Origin: Pseudomonadota bacterium
Lineage (GTDB): Bacteria; Pseudomonadota; Alphaproteobacteria; UBA1280; RI-95
Direction of reading: 5' to 3'
Length of the DNA stretch: 64,000 nt
Assembly (NCBI GenBank): GCA_016125375.1
Contig: WGLU01000004.1
Location: 82,363-146,362 of the forward strand
Below, piece after piece: positions 1 through 9,612 of the stretch (position 1 is the first letter of the stretch; the number at the start of each line of letters is the position of its first letter). The notes below the pieces were generated by a model that was not told the origin of the DNA, made no database searches, and was given only the letters and a program-made list of their open reading frames with translations. The translations under genes were made by a program, and so were the position numbers.

Positions 1-400
1 GGATGGAGTAGATGTAGTCAGGGCCGCCGTGACGGGCTTTTGCCATCACGCTCAGGTCTGGCACAACCAGACCGTAGGTCTCTTTACTGTCTTCAGCCGT
101 CAGGCCGGAGAGCAGCTTCTGGTTTACGTCCATGTCCATTTTACCGGCCAGCGCCTTGGCCTGATCCTCGGTGAAACCGGCAGTGGTCAGGTTGCGGTGG
201 CTGAAGTACTTGAAGCTGTGGCAGGAGATACAAACCTGCGTGGCTACTTCGTAACCGCGGAGGATTTGCATGGTATCCCAGTGGGCGCGGGGGCCGGTGA
301 AGGACCAGTCGCTCTTTTTCAGCTCGATGTGACCTTCAGAGGCCTGTGCCGCTGTGGCAGCCAGTACCGACAGGGTCAGGGCGGTGAGAATTTTTTTCAT
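1..400 (-). CDS. petC: Cytochrome c1 (partial; continues past window start)
   Basis: The reverse-strand translation from the ATG at 400 gives MKKILTALTLSVLAATAAQA... with a signal peptide and a CISCH heme-binding motif. It lies directly downstream of cytochrome b. Confidence 0.8.
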   Translation of the reverse strand, partial: MKKILTALTLSVLAATAAQASEGHIELKKSDWSFTGPRAHWDTMQILRGYEVATQVCISCHSFKYFSHRNLTTAGFTEDQAKALAGKMDMDVNQKLLSGLTAEDSKETYGLVVPDLSVMAKARHGGPDYIYSI

Positions 401-414
401 AGCTCTTGCTCCCC

Positions 415-1584
415 TTACAGACTGGTAGGCAGCGGTTTGGTTTTTTCGTACTTCGATACCAGAGGCAGGCTCAGGAAGAACAGGAAGTACAAGACGGTGC
501 ATACGCGGCCGATGACCACGAATTGGCCTTCCGGCGGGTTTGCACCCACCCAGCCCAGTACGAACACGTTGATCAGGAACAGCCAGAACATCTGACGGAA
601 GATCGGACGGTAGTTCGCCGAGCGGACCTTGCTGCTGTCCAGCCAGGGCAGGACGAACATGATAGCGATGGAGGATACCATGGCAATCACGCCCAGCAGC
701 TTGTGCGGGATGGCGCGCAGAATGGCGTAGAAGGGCAGGAAGTACCATTCAGGCACAATGTGCGGGGGTGTTTTCATCGGGTCAGCCGGAATGTAGTTGT
801 CGGTGTGGCCCAGATAGTCCGGCAGATAGAACACCATGAAGGTGAACGGAATCAGGAACACGCCAAGGCTGAAAATGTCCTTGATGGTGTAGTACGGGTG
901 GAACGGAATCCAGTCCGTTTGCTTTTTCAGGTCAATGCCCTTGGGGTTGTTGGATTTGCTGGTCCACAGGGCCCACAGGTGCAGGAACACCACGGCGCAG
1001 ATAATGAACGGCAGCAGGTAGTGCAGGGCGAAGAAACGGTTCAGGGTCGGGTCGCCAACGTTATAGCCACCCCACAGCCAGACGACGATGCTCTTGCCGA
1101 CAACCGGCACGACCGACAGCAAGTTGGTGATAACCGTCGCACCCCAGTAGCTCATTTGGCCCCACGGCAGGACGTAACCGATGAAGGCAGTTGCCATCAT
1201 CAGGAACAGGATGAGGATGCCCATCCACCACAGGACTTCACGTGGTGCCTTGTAGGATCCGTAGTACAGGCCGCGGAAAATGTGGACGTATACGACAATG
1301 AAGAAGAAACTCGCACCGACCATGTGCATGTTGCGGATGAGCCAGCCCCAGGTCACATCGCGGCTGATGTGCTGGATGGAGTCAAAGGCCAGATTAACGT
1401 CGGCCTTGTAGTGCATGGCCAGAAAAACGCCTGTGATGATTTGCAGCATCAGGCAAACACCAGCCAGCGAGCCGAAGCTCCACATGTAGTTCAGGTTTTT
1501 CGGCGCAGGCTTGTTGGCCAGCTGCTTATCCAGAAAGCTGAATATTGGCAGGCGATCGTCAAACCATTTCATAGCTTTATTCAT
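415..1584 (-). CDS. petB: Cytochrome b of the ubiquinol-cytochrome c reductase (bc1) complex
   Basis: 389-aa ORF with the typical multi-transmembrane cytochrome b sequence. It sits between the Rieske and c1 genes. Confidence 0.95.
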   Translation of the reverse strand: MNKAMKWFDDRLPIFSFLDKQLANKPAPKNLNYMWSFGSLAGVCLMLQIITGVFLAMHYKADVNLAFDSIQHISRDVTWGWLIRNMHMVGASFFFIVVYVHIFRGLYYGSYKAPREVLWWMGILILFLMMATAFIGYVLPWGQMSYWGATVITNLLSVVPVVGKSIVVWLWGGYNVGDPTLNRFFALHYLLPFIICAVVFLHLWALWTSKSNNPKGIDLKKQTDWIPFHPYYTIKDIFSLGVFLIPFTFMVFYLPDYLGHTDNYIPADPMKTPPHIVPEWYFLPFYAILRAIPHKLLGVIAMVSSIAIMFVLPWLDSSKVRSANYRPIFRQMFWLFLINVFVLGWVGANPPEGQFVVIGRVCTVLYFLFFLSLPLVSKYEKTKPLPTSL

Positions 1585-1600
1585 GGCTCAGAGCACTCGT

Positions 1601-2194
1601 TTAGTTACGTTTCTTCACAAATTTTCCCATCAGGATGGCATCGCTGTAGCGCTCCGGCCCTAACTTCAGGCACTTGAGCAGGCGGCCCTCCTCGGTAAAC
1701 CCGTACCTTTGGTACAGGCGGTGCGCGTCGGGGTTGGCATCAAACACCTTCAGGCAGATTTTCTCTACCGTCGGGTGGCCTTCCGCCCACGCAAACAGTG
1801 TATCCAGCAACAGGGTGCCAATGCCCTGACCGCGCCAAGCACGGTCAATGCCCATCCCGAACTCGCCCCAGTGTGCGCACCGCAGCTCTTGCGAGCATTT
1901 AAAGTACAACACGCCAATCGGCTCGTCATCGTGGCACGCCACGCCCAAGAAACTGTCAAAAGTACTCAGGCTGCTGGCAATCCATTCGGCTTCCTGCTCC
2001 GCGTCCGAGAGGTATTCCTCGGGCAGCAGGGAGTCGTGTACCTGCTCTGCCAGAATCTGCAGTTTGATGGCCAGCATCGCCTCTGCATCATCCGGAGAGC
2101 CGGGTCTGATAAGAACTTTCTCACCGCTTTTGAGGGTGTATTCCCGCGCCTTGAACGTGCTTTGGTTCAAACCTTGGGGGAAACGTTCATACAC
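1601..2194 (-). CDS. GNAT family N-acetyltransferase
   Basis: 197-aa ORF with GNAT motif A (WRGQGIGTLLL) and motif B (AHRLYQRYGF). Gaps to petA and petB are 21 and 16 nt, so it is embedded in the bc1 operon. Confidence 0.85.
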   Translation of the reverse strand: MYERFPQGLNQSTFKAREYTLKSGEKVLIRPGSPDDAEAMLAIKLQILAEQVHDSLLPEEYLSDAEQEAEWIASSLSTFDSFLGVACHDDEPIGVLYFKCSQELRCAHWGEFGMGIDRAWRGQGIGTLLLDTLFAWAEGHPTVEKICLKVFDANPDAHRLYQRYGFTEEGRLLKCLKLGPERYSDAILMGKFVKKRN

Positions 2195-2215
2195 AGACCA
2201 TTAACTTCCGTTGTT

Positions 2216-2770
2216 CTAGCCGATAAGAATGCGTTCGTCGGCGATAAACTTGTACGGCGGCACTTCCAGGTTGGCCGGGGCAGGGCCCGCGCGGCGGCGG
2301 CCGGAGGTGTCGAACTGGGAGCCGTGGCAGGGGCACAGCCAGCCGTCGTAGTTACCACCTTCCATGGGGACGCAACCCAGGTGGGTGCAGACGGCCATGA
2401 CAATGAGGTAGTTCTCGTTGACAACGCGGTCGGTATCTTTTTGAGGGTCGGCCAGAGCGGCCAGTTTTTCGGGATCGTTATCGATTTCGCGGGCTTCGGC
2501 GATTTCTTCGGCGGTACGGTGCTTGATGAACACCGGTTTGCCGCGCCACAGGATAGTCTTGCTCTTGCCTGCGGGCAGGTCGGACAGGTCAACCTCTGTC
2601 GTTGCTTGGGCTTTCACATCCGCCGAGGGATTCATGGAGGTCACAAACGGGTAGGCTGCACAGGCGGCACCGGCAACACCGAAAGCGGTGGTCATGTCGG
2701 TCAAAAACTGGCGGCGTTCAGCGTCGTGTTGGGATTTGTCTGCGGCTTTTGTGGTAGCATCTTGTGACAT
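2216..2770 (-). CDS. petA: Rieske iron-sulfur subunit of the bc1 complex
   Basis: 184-aa ORF with CTHLGC and CPCHGS 2Fe-2S boxes and an N-terminal transmembrane anchor. Confidence 0.95.
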   Translation of the reverse strand: MSQDATTKAADKSQHDAERRQFLTDMTTAFGVAGAACAAYPFVTSMNPSADVKAQATTEVDLSDLPAGKSKTILWRGKPVFIKHRTAEEIAEAREIDNDPEKLAALADPQKDTDRVVNENYLIVMAVCTHLGCVPMEGGNYDGWLCPCHGSQFDTSGRRRAGPAPANLEVPPYKFIADERILIG

Positions 2771-2930
2771 GGTCGGCTTCCGTCTTGTCCGTTTAAAGTC
2801 TTTATTTTGAAAGCGCTATCAATATAGCACCCTCGTCTGGCCTTGCCAAACATCGCTTCATTTATACGCAAAAGTTTTTACGGCGCAATATAAAACCCTT
2901 AAACCATTTGGCGTTATGTTGCAAAAAAGC

Positions 2931-2962
2931 AAAAAGCCGCCCCGGTTAGGGGGCGGCAAAAA
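2931..2962 (-). terminator. Rho-independent terminator after the first MYG1 gene
   Basis: The GC hairpin gccgcccc / ggggcggc followed by a T-run on the minus strand, immediately after the stop at 2967. Confidence 0.6.
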
Positions 2963-2966
2963 CGCT

Positions 2967-3905
2967 TCAGGCTGTGTGTTTTTGTGGGTTTTGCGGCGTA
3001 TCGCGCCACCCTTCGTCAAGGTCCAGCCGGTTGTTGAGTTTCAGGAAAGTTGTGGCCAGTGCACGGGCAGCCTGCGGTGTGTCGGCACGGGCGTGGCGGT
3101 GGTTCGTAAACACCACACGGCCCTCGCTGCCGCTCATGACACCGCCGCCCTTGCACCACTGGGGAGCAAAGGCAAGGTCGCGGTTGACCACGTGAACGAG
3201 TGCCTGCCCTTCGTGCCCGCCGGGCATGATGAGGACATCCACACCGTTTTCGACCAGAAGCTGCTTGCTTTCCTTGCCGCGCCACTCCACCTGCTCGGGC
3301 AACTCCAACACGCGCTGTTTGCCGGTCTGCTGGCGGAGTGCGCCGCGGATGACACCGGCACACCGGCGCTGCTTGCGGGCATCGCGGATGGCGTTGGTGA
3401 TGATGGCCTTGCACATGGCCACCGCCTGCATGAAACGGCGGTGCTGTTCACGGTCGTCGGTTTCGTCGTCGTGGTTGTGTTGCGCCACAATGGTGGAAAC
3501 AGGCAGCGTTTCACCACCGTAGAGCTTCAGGCCACAGTCCACTGCATCCACATGCAGGAACAGGGCACGGTCCACGGCCTCGAACAGATCGGTATCGCCC
3601 CCGCACAGGGACAATCCGAACTTTTGCCACACCAGCCCCGCCGTTGCGTATGGCACGTTATGGGGGGCGGGGTAGGGCCTGCGGCCGGCGCCGCCACCTT
3701 GATGGTGGTCAAAATAACCGCGGTCTGGGTCATGCCGCTTGCCCACATCGAGCTTGAAATCCGCCCGGTGAATGGCCGGATCACCGCGGCTGACGCGGTT
3801 GACCTTAAGCTTGTATCCAGCCAGCGAGAGGACGGCAACGCCGAACGCCTCGTCAGCATGGAAACGGCCACGGTGGGTCACAACGGTGACTTTGGATGAG
3901 TGCAT
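2967..3905 (-). CDS. MYG1/UPF0160 family metal-dependent hydrolase
   Basis: It carries THRGRFHADEAFG ... DHHQ motifs characteristic of MYG1. The start was chosen at MHSSKV (ATG 3905), which has a GGAG ribosome-binding site. The longer ORF from 4112 would read through a terminator. Confidence 0.8.
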   Translation of the reverse strand: MHSSKVTVVTHRGRFHADEAFGVAVLSLAGYKLKVNRVSRGDPAIHRADFKLDVGKRHDPDRGYFDHHQGGGAGRRPYPAPHNVPYATAGLVWQKFGLSLCGGDTDLFEAVDRALFLHVDAVDCGLKLYGGETLPVSTIVAQHNHDDETDDREQHRRFMQAVAMCKAIITNAIRDARKQRRCAGVIRGALRQQTGKQRVLELPEQVEWRGKESKQLLVENGVDVLIMPGGHEGQALVHVVNRDLAFAPQWCKGGGVMSGSEGRVVFTNHRHARADTPQAARALATTFLKLNNRLDLDEGWRDTPQNPQKHTA

Positions 3906-4083
3906 ATAAAGCGTACTCCGGGTGAGGAGGAAGAGAGAATGACACCTGCACGCAGGTGCCGGTTTATACAGATACCAGGTTGAAAAAGGGACCGTTAAAG
4001 AAACAGATGTGTCCTGCCAAAAGACAAGTTCGGGAGCATATATAACGCTGTAGGCAGATATTTCAAGCTTTTCCGCCAAAAAA

Positions 4084-4109
4084 ATGACCCCGCCGAATGG
4101 CGGGGTCAT
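4084..4109 (-). terminator. Rho-independent terminator after the second MYG1 gene
   Basis: The hairpin tgaccccgcc gaat ggcggggtca with a downstream T7 run on the minus strand. Confidence 0.65.
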
Positions 4110-4114
4110 CATCG

Positions 4115-5452
4115 TTAGGCGTTGTTGGACGTCATCATCAGCTTGGCCACCTCGATGGCGGATTCCAGCGAACGGGTACGGACCATGTGGCCGTGACCGT
4201 GGCAGAACACCATGTCGGCGATACCGCTGATAGCGACCAGCTCGTCACCCTGATGCCCGCGCCATGCGGCGGGGGCGTTATCCCGATTGTTGCGGGCCCT
4301 GATGTTCCAGTGGCCCTTATCGGAGATGGGGGTGATGACCACACGGATGTGGTCGGCACGGTTGATGCTGTTGATGTGGTCGGTCCAGCGCAGATACTCG
4401 GCCAGGACCAGCACCTGGGGATTGTCACCCCCGCGCTGGCTGTCCACAGCTTCCTGCAGCTTCTGGCGGTCGTCGCGGATGCGGCAGGCCTCCTCGAGCG
4501 TGTTGCTGAACATCAGCGTCCAGATGTCCACCTGTTGCATGAAGCGGCGGTACTGTTCGGCATCGTCGCCGATGTCGCGCCCGTTGGCATTGCCGATGAG
4601 CTTGCTCGGATGGGACAGCTGACCGTAGTAGGTCTGCTCGCCCGGGAGCTCGCGCTCCACATCGCTCAGAACGGTCAGCAACTGGCCAGAGAGCAGAATT
4701 GCGGCCTTGGTCACTGCGGTCTTGAGCAGGCCGATGTTCTCCTGCAGGAGGCGCACGAAGCGCTTTTCCCGCGGGGCACGGCTCATGACGTAGCCATTGT
4801 CCGAGGCATCGAAGCCACGAACGAACGACCAGTCGATGTGGTCATACGCCTCGCGGCGCAGCACATCGCGAACAGCCTGATCCATCACCCGGCGCACGTC
4901 GCACGGGCCAATGGCCAGCGCGTCGCTGCGGGCTTTCATGCGCAGGATGTCCAGTTCGCGGTCGGTCGGGACGTTGGTCACGGCCTCTCCGGTCACGAAC
5001 AGGCCACACGCATGCCAGACCATGCCGATAGCGGACAGTTCCACATCCGGCTGCCCCCGCTCGTTGTAGCGGCGGGGCGTCATGCCTTCGTCGAAGTTCT
5101 GGTGGTGGTCGAAACGACCCCGCGCGGGGTCGTATTCCCGGCCCACGTCGACCAGAATGTCAGCGGCGTCGAGCGCAGCCTGGTTCTCACGGTTGAGGCG
5201 CTGGATCTCCACATTCACGGTCACACCGACTTCGGTGGAAACCATGGACATGAAGCGCTTGAGCACCACACACGCCATCAGTTCGTCGGCGTGGAAGGTC
5301 TCGGCATGGGTGCCGACCGTGATGGTCACGGGGTTGCTGGGGTTGACGGAATGCCGGTGCTGGATAAGGCCGCCCACGTAGCGGGCAAAGGCCATATGCG
5401 CATCGGCGCGGCTCTGAAGAAAAGCACGATACGGTTGAGGGAGCTGGTACAT
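4115..5452 (-). CDS. MYG1/UPF0160 family hydrolase, long paralog
   Basis: 445-aa ORF with GTHAETFHADE ... RFDHHQ motifs and a C-terminal extension of about 130 aa relative to the neighbouring copy. Confidence 0.8.
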   Translation of the reverse strand: MYQLPQPYRAFLQSRADAHMAFARYVGGLIQHRHSVNPSNPVTITVGTHAETFHADELMACVVLKRFMSMVSTEVGVTVNVEIQRLNRENQAALDAADILVDVGREYDPARGRFDHHQNFDEGMTPRRYNERGQPDVELSAIGMVWHACGLFVTGEAVTNVPTDRELDILRMKARSDALAIGPCDVRRVMDQAVRDVLRREAYDHIDWSFVRGFDASDNGYVMSRAPREKRFVRLLQENIGLLKTAVTKAAILLSGQLLTVLSDVERELPGEQTYYGQLSHPSKLIGNANGRDIGDDAEQYRRFMQQVDIWTLMFSNTLEEACRIRDDRQKLQEAVDSQRGGDNPQVLVLAEYLRWTDHINSINRADHIRVVITPISDKGHWNIRARNNRDNAPAAWRGHQGDELVAISGIADMVFCHGHGHMVRTRSLESAIEVAKLMMTSNNA

Positions 5453-5565
5453 AGGAAAACAGGCTCCATTGGGATCGAGAGAGATGGGAAAAGAAAGCGA
5501 AGATTAGACAACAGCGTAAACGTGGGAGTTAAACCCCCGAATTACAACTCTGTAAAGCAAAAAGT

Positions 5566-6039
5566 TCAGATTTTTTGCTGGGTTGTGTACTTGGGATTGG
5601 CCAGGATGTGCTGGAAGCCTTCACGCTTGCGGCTGTCAATAACCAGTGGTGCACGCATGTTGGCAGTCAGGTAGAAACTGTCGCCGTGCTCGTAAAGCGT
5701 GATAATCAGCAGGAACTGGGCGTCTTCACGGCTCAGGCCAAGCTCTTTAAGGGCTTGACGCTTGTCCAGTTCGTCCAGTTCCAGACTCAGGGATGCCGGA
5801 TCGGCAACAAGGAAAGAATACATTGGCTTGTTAATGCACTGCATGACCAGCAGGGGCGATTCATCCGCATCGGGCAGCGTAGACAGGCCAAAAACCGTGC
5901 AATCGTGGAACAGGGGACCAAGCAAGCCCTTGGGGAAGCTGATAAGACGGTCTTCGCGCAGGTGCACATCCCCAAATTTGGTGGTGTAGGTCAGGCTGCG
6001 TTTTGTATCGTTCTGCGAGATGGGTGTATGGTCGGTCAT
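5566..6039 (-). CDS. fliW: Flagellar assembly factor FliW
   Basis: 157-aa ORF with typical FliW length and C-terminal LTANMRAPLVID. It overlaps csrA by 4 nt. Confidence 0.85.
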   Translation of the reverse strand: MTDHTPISQNDTKRSLTYTTKFGDVHLREDRLISFPKGLLGPLFHDCTVFGLSTLPDADESPLLVMQCINKPMYSFLVADPASLSLELDELDKRQALKELGLSREDAQFLLIITLYEHGDSFYLTANMRAPLVIDSRKREGFQHILANPKYTTQQKI

Positions 6040-6272
6040 TTTTCTTTTTTCCCGATACTCATCAGTGCGTTCTTCAGCTTGTTGGGGTCAACGTTGCTGG
6101 CGTTCTGGTTTTCATCCTGAATCTTTTTGTAGAGCTCTTCGCGGTAGACGGAGTTACCCTCGGGGTACTCAAAGCCCAGCTTGACGCGGCCACCTTTGAT
6201 ATCAATGATTTTCACCTCAATGGTGCCATTGATGATGATGGATTCGGATACGCGCCGTGTTATCAGGAGCAT
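6036..6272 (-). CDS. csrA: Carbon storage regulator CsrA
   Basis: 78-aa ORF. MLLITRRVSESIIINGTIEVKIIDIKGGRVKLGFEYPEGNSVYREELY closely matches the CsrA consensus. Confidence 0.9.
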   Translation of the reverse strand: MLLITRRVSESIIINGTIEVKIIDIKGGRVKLGFEYPEGNSVYREELYKKIQDENQNASNVDPNKLKNALMSIGKKEK

Positions 6273-6387
6273 GGGGGTTTTTCCCGGGCAGTCTAAGTGT
6301 TAAACAGCCCCCATAGTAACGGGTAATGCCGCGCATGGCAACGCCGCCCGTGGGCGGGCGGCGTTTTTTGTCAGCTATCTGCTAGGC

Positions 6388-7290
6388 TTACAGGAAGTCC
6401 AGCAATCGTACGTTCAGCAACCGTGTGATGGTAATCATGGATGCCTGCAGGGTTGCCTGCTCCTGAGAGAACTTGGTCATTGCCTCGGCCACGTCGACTT
6501 TCTCGACATCGTCGATGCGCTCCTGAATGAAAATCTGGTTGTTCGTGTGCCGTTCCTTAATCAGGTCGAAACCGGCAAGGTCACCACCAACCTGACCCTG
6601 CATACTGCCCAGGTCTTTCTGGGCCTGACGCAACAGATCGATGGCACCGTCCAGATCAGGCTCGGAGTCATTCTGGAGGCCGAAAATCAGGGATTCCAAA
6701 CCTGCAACAATACGGGCAAAGCCGATATTGTCCCCGGTTACGCCATAGGAGTCGGCGTTGGCGGGCGAGGTGATGGTCGCCAGACGTACGCTGTCGCCTG
6801 TGTAGTAGGTGGTTGGCGGCGGGTCACCCGGGAACGGGTTTGCCGTCGGAGATGTCTGAATCGGGGGCACGTTACTGGCCTGGCCGCTGAAGATATACCG
6901 GCCGTTGTACTGGGACGAGAAAGTGTTCCAGAACGTCTCGGCAATGCCTTGGGCCTTGGGCGCCAGTGTGGCGCGTACGTCGGCGGCGTTTTCGTTCCTG
7001 CCGAGGGTGTACAGGTTGGCGGCCTCGACCAGCAGGTCGGAAATGCTGTTCAATGCACTTTCCTGCGCTTTGAGCATGGCGTCGGCCGATTCGAGGTTTT
7101 TGATGTAGATGTCGGTATTGCCCTGCAGGTCTTTCAGGTTAAGGAGCTGGTTGGCCTCGCCGGCAATTTCCTCAAAGCGCTGGGCTTTCAGGCCGGAGGT
7201 AATCTGTGCCGTCAGGGTTTGCAGGCTTGCGTTGGATTGCTGCATCTGGGTCAGCGATGTCTGGGTCTGGAAGGCGGTGGCTACACGCAT
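6388..7290 (-). CDS. flgL: Flagellar hook-associated protein 3 FlgL
   Basis: 300-aa ORF with a flagellin-like N-terminus (QTQTSLTQMQQSNASLQTLTAQITSG) and a conserved C-terminal helix. Confidence 0.85.
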   Translation of the reverse strand: MRVATAFQTQTSLTQMQQSNASLQTLTAQITSGLKAQRFEEIAGEANQLLNLKDLQGNTDIYIKNLESADAMLKAQESALNSISDLLVEAANLYTLGRNENAADVRATLAPKAQGIAETFWNTFSSQYNGRYIFSGQASNVPPIQTSPTANPFPGDPPPTTYYTGDSVRLATITSPANADSYGVTGDNIGFARIVAGLESLIFGLQNDSEPDLDGAIDLLRQAQKDLGSMQGQVGGDLAGFDLIKERHTNNQIFIQERIDDVEKVDVAEAMTKFSQEQATLQASMITITRLLNVRLLDFL

Positions 7291-7311
7291 GGTTTAAGTT
7301 CCTCCCCCTCG

Positions 7312-9105
7312 TTAGCGGATAATGTTAATCAGGGTGTCCATCAGCTCGTCCACCACGGTAATCACGCGGGCCGAGGCCTGGAAGGCGTTCTGGAACACAA
7401 TGAGGTTGGCCAGTTCTTCGTCCATGTTCACACCGGCAAAGCTCTGTTTGCGCTCCTCAAGGTCGTGTTGCAGGGTGTCTGCAAAGTCCTGACGGTTGGT
7501 GTTGTCCTGCAGCTGTACAGCCAGGTTGGACGAAATGGTGATGTAGTACCCTGCCAGTGTGTCGTTCTGGGTGCTCAGGCCGCCGGCCGGATTAAACACA
7601 AAGTTGGTGTCGGCAACGGCTGCAAGGGCAAGGGCATTCTGGTTGTCGTGCAGGGACAGACCACCGTCGGCGCTGCGCATTCTAGCCGCGGCAACCAGCT
7701 GGGGGTCGGCAGAGATGGCGGTCAGTACACGGATGTTACCGGCATCGATCGGATCGCCGTTGACCGAGCTTTCGAACAGCGGATTCATCTGGATTTTACC
7801 CAGGAAGTCATCCGCATCGTTCCCCATCACAATACCGAAGGTGTTGGTGGCGTCGGCAATGGTCAGTTTGTTTGTCACGCCGCTGAAGCTGGCTGTAACC
7901 GTGGCCGGGAAGCCCGCACCTGTCAGGGCGGCGTTAATATCGGCCGTCAGGTTGGCGGTCGAGTAGGGGCCGACAGCCGGCAGTGTAACGGTAACTGTGT
8001 TTGCAGGTGAGCCGGTCAGCGGGTCGACAATCGACACGTCGAAGCTGCTGCCCGGTACCAGGCCAATTTCGGTAAACAGGTCAACGCCCGGGGTGGCAAG
8101 CTCAGCACTGGTCAGGCTGCTTGGGGGTGGTACACCCACGCCGCCGCTGTGCACGCGGTTCATCTCGGCGGCAAGGCCGGCAGCCAGATTATCCAACTGG
8201 TCGCGCAGGTTCTCGATCTCGGTATCCCGCACGTCCACCATGCCTTTGACCTTACCGGAGGTCAGGCGGTTGGTGTCGAGCTGGAAAACAGTGTTGGACA
8301 GGGAACCGTCAACCTGTACTGCACGGGTGCCGATACCTTTGAAGTTCTGGCCCGGCAAGGCGGGTGTACGCTCGAATTGTACATAGGATGTATCAACCAG
8401 GCGGTTACCGCTCTCGGTCAGCATGCGGGTACGGCCGAACTGGTCTTCGGTTACAGTGACCTTGAAGACGCTGGCCACATAGTCGATGTCCTTCTGACGT
8501 TGGTCGCGCAGGTCGTTGGCGTTTTGGCCGTTGATGGAGGTGTTCTCGATCTGGGCAATCTGTTCGTTGAACTGGTGGATACGCTGCAAGGCGCTGTTGA
8601 CCTGTGTCAGGGTGCTGTCCAGTTCGTTGTCGATCTGGCGGGCTGTGTCGGTCAGCTGCTGGTCCATGGTGTTCAGGGTATCGGCCACAAACTCTGTACG
8701 TTTGACAAAGTTCAGGCGCTGGGATGTGGCATCCGGATAGTTGGCGACGTTGTTGATTTCCTCGAACATGGCACCAATCACTTTTTCCAGGCTGCTGTCT
8801 GCACCGGGGGTACCGAAGATAACCTCGAGGTTTTTCATGTATTGGGACTTGGCGGCTGCATAGCCGGTGGACGATTGTTGCTGGGTCAGACGCTGTTGCA
8901 ACAGGACGTCGACACGACGGTCGATAACATCCAGTTTAACGCCGTTACCGTAGCCACCAACAAAGTAGGCGCCGCCCAAAACTTCCTGACGGGAATAACC
9001 GTCGGTGTTCACGTTCGCAATGTTGTGCGAAATCGTGTTCATGGATACCTGGCTGAACGACAGGGCAGTATTGGCGATGTTCAGTGTCGTTGTTAAGCCG
9101 GCCAT
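7312..9105 (-). CDS. flgK: Flagellar hook-associated protein 1 FlgK
   Basis: The N-terminus MAGLTTTLNIANTALSFSQ...NIANVNTDGYSRQEV matches the flagellar rod/hook family. The start was placed at 9105, which has an AAGGATGA ribosome-binding site. Confidence 0.9.
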   Translation of the reverse strand: MAGLTTTLNIANTALSFSQVSMNTISHNIANVNTDGYSRQEVLGGAYFVGGYGNGVKLDVIDRRVDVLLQQRLTQQQSSTGYAAAKSQYMKNLEVIFGTPGADSSLEKVIGAMFEEINNVANYPDATSQRLNFVKRTEFVADTLNTMDQQLTDTARQIDNELDSTLTQVNSALQRIHQFNEQIAQIENTSINGQNANDLRDQRQKDIDYVASVFKVTVTEDQFGRTRMLTESGNRLVDTSYVQFERTPALPGQNFKGIGTRAVQVDGSLSNTVFQLDTNRLTSGKVKGMVDVRDTEIENLRDQLDNLAAGLAAEMNRVHSGGVGVPPPSSLTSAELATPGVDLFTEIGLVPGSSFDVSIVDPLTGSPANTVTVTLPAVGPYSTANLTADINAALTGAGFPATVTASFSGVTNKLTIADATNTFGIVMGNDADDFLGKIQMNPLFESSVNGDPIDAGNIRVLTAISADPQLVAAARMRSADGGLSLHDNQNALALAAVADTNFVFNPAGGLSTQNDTLAGYYITISSNLAVQLQDNTNRQDFADTLQHDLEERKQSFAGVNMDEELANLIVFQNAFQASARVITVVDELMDTLINIIR

Positions 9106-9177
9106 GGGGTCATCCTTCAGGTTTGTTGGCACTTCTCCTCTACAGATGCAACGGGCGTGCCAGAATCGTATTTCCCA

Positions 9178-9612
9178 TCAGTAAGATTTATTGATCAGGC
9201 TGGTATTCTCTTCCTTGTCGGTCATGACGCCTTTTTTGCCGTAGGTTTCGGCTTTGGGTTTGGCGACAGCCTGACGCACGGAATCCAGAAAAATACTCGT
9301 CGCCTGATGCGCCGCCTGCAGGACCAGCAGGTTCTGGCGTGCGGCGTGGTCATAGGTACCGACGGCGGTGCGCAGCTCGGTCATCAGGGGTGCCAGCTCT
9401 GCTTTGGCTTTCGTGTCGGCAAGCAGGGGCTTGACGTTGGCGAGCATCTCCTCAAGGGCGTTGGTCAGACGCTCCTTGCGCTTGGCAAGTTCGGGCACCT
9501 TGTCCATGGTACGGGTGCGTACGGCATCGGTTTCCGCATTCACGACGGTAATCAGCTCGTGGCAGAGGGCTGTGGCCTCACGCAGGTGGGTGGCAAGGGG
9601 ATGTTGCGTCAT
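9178..9612 (-). CDS. FlgN-like flagellar export chaperone (putative)
   Basis: 144-aa helical acidic protein directly downstream of the rod-binding gene and upstream of flgK. Only position and composition support the call. Confidence 0.4.
   Translation of the reverse strand: MTQHPLATHLREATALCHELITVVNAETDAVRTRTMDKVPELAKRKERLTNALEEMLANVKPLLADTKAKAELAPLMTELRTAVGTYDHAARQNLLVLQAAHQATSIFLDSVRQAVAKPKAETYGKKGVMTDKEENTSLINKSY

Noticed and set aside
406-1677. 423-aa plus-strand ORF, and the 29..595 ORF
   Set aside because: Both are antisense to cytochrome b and cytochrome c1, whose identities are unambiguous. They are a GC-rich reading-frame artefact.
4097-5674. 525-aa ORF on the plus strand
   Set aside because: It is antisense to the MYG1 long paralog, which has clear family motifs. 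Long antisense ORFs are expected at this GC content. It has no motifs and no ribosome-binding site.
6547-8010. 487-aa plus-strand ORF rich in Gly/Val
   Set aside because: It is antisense to flgL and flgK. Its low-complexity composition mirrors the complementary Ala/Thr/Gln-rich flagellar proteins.
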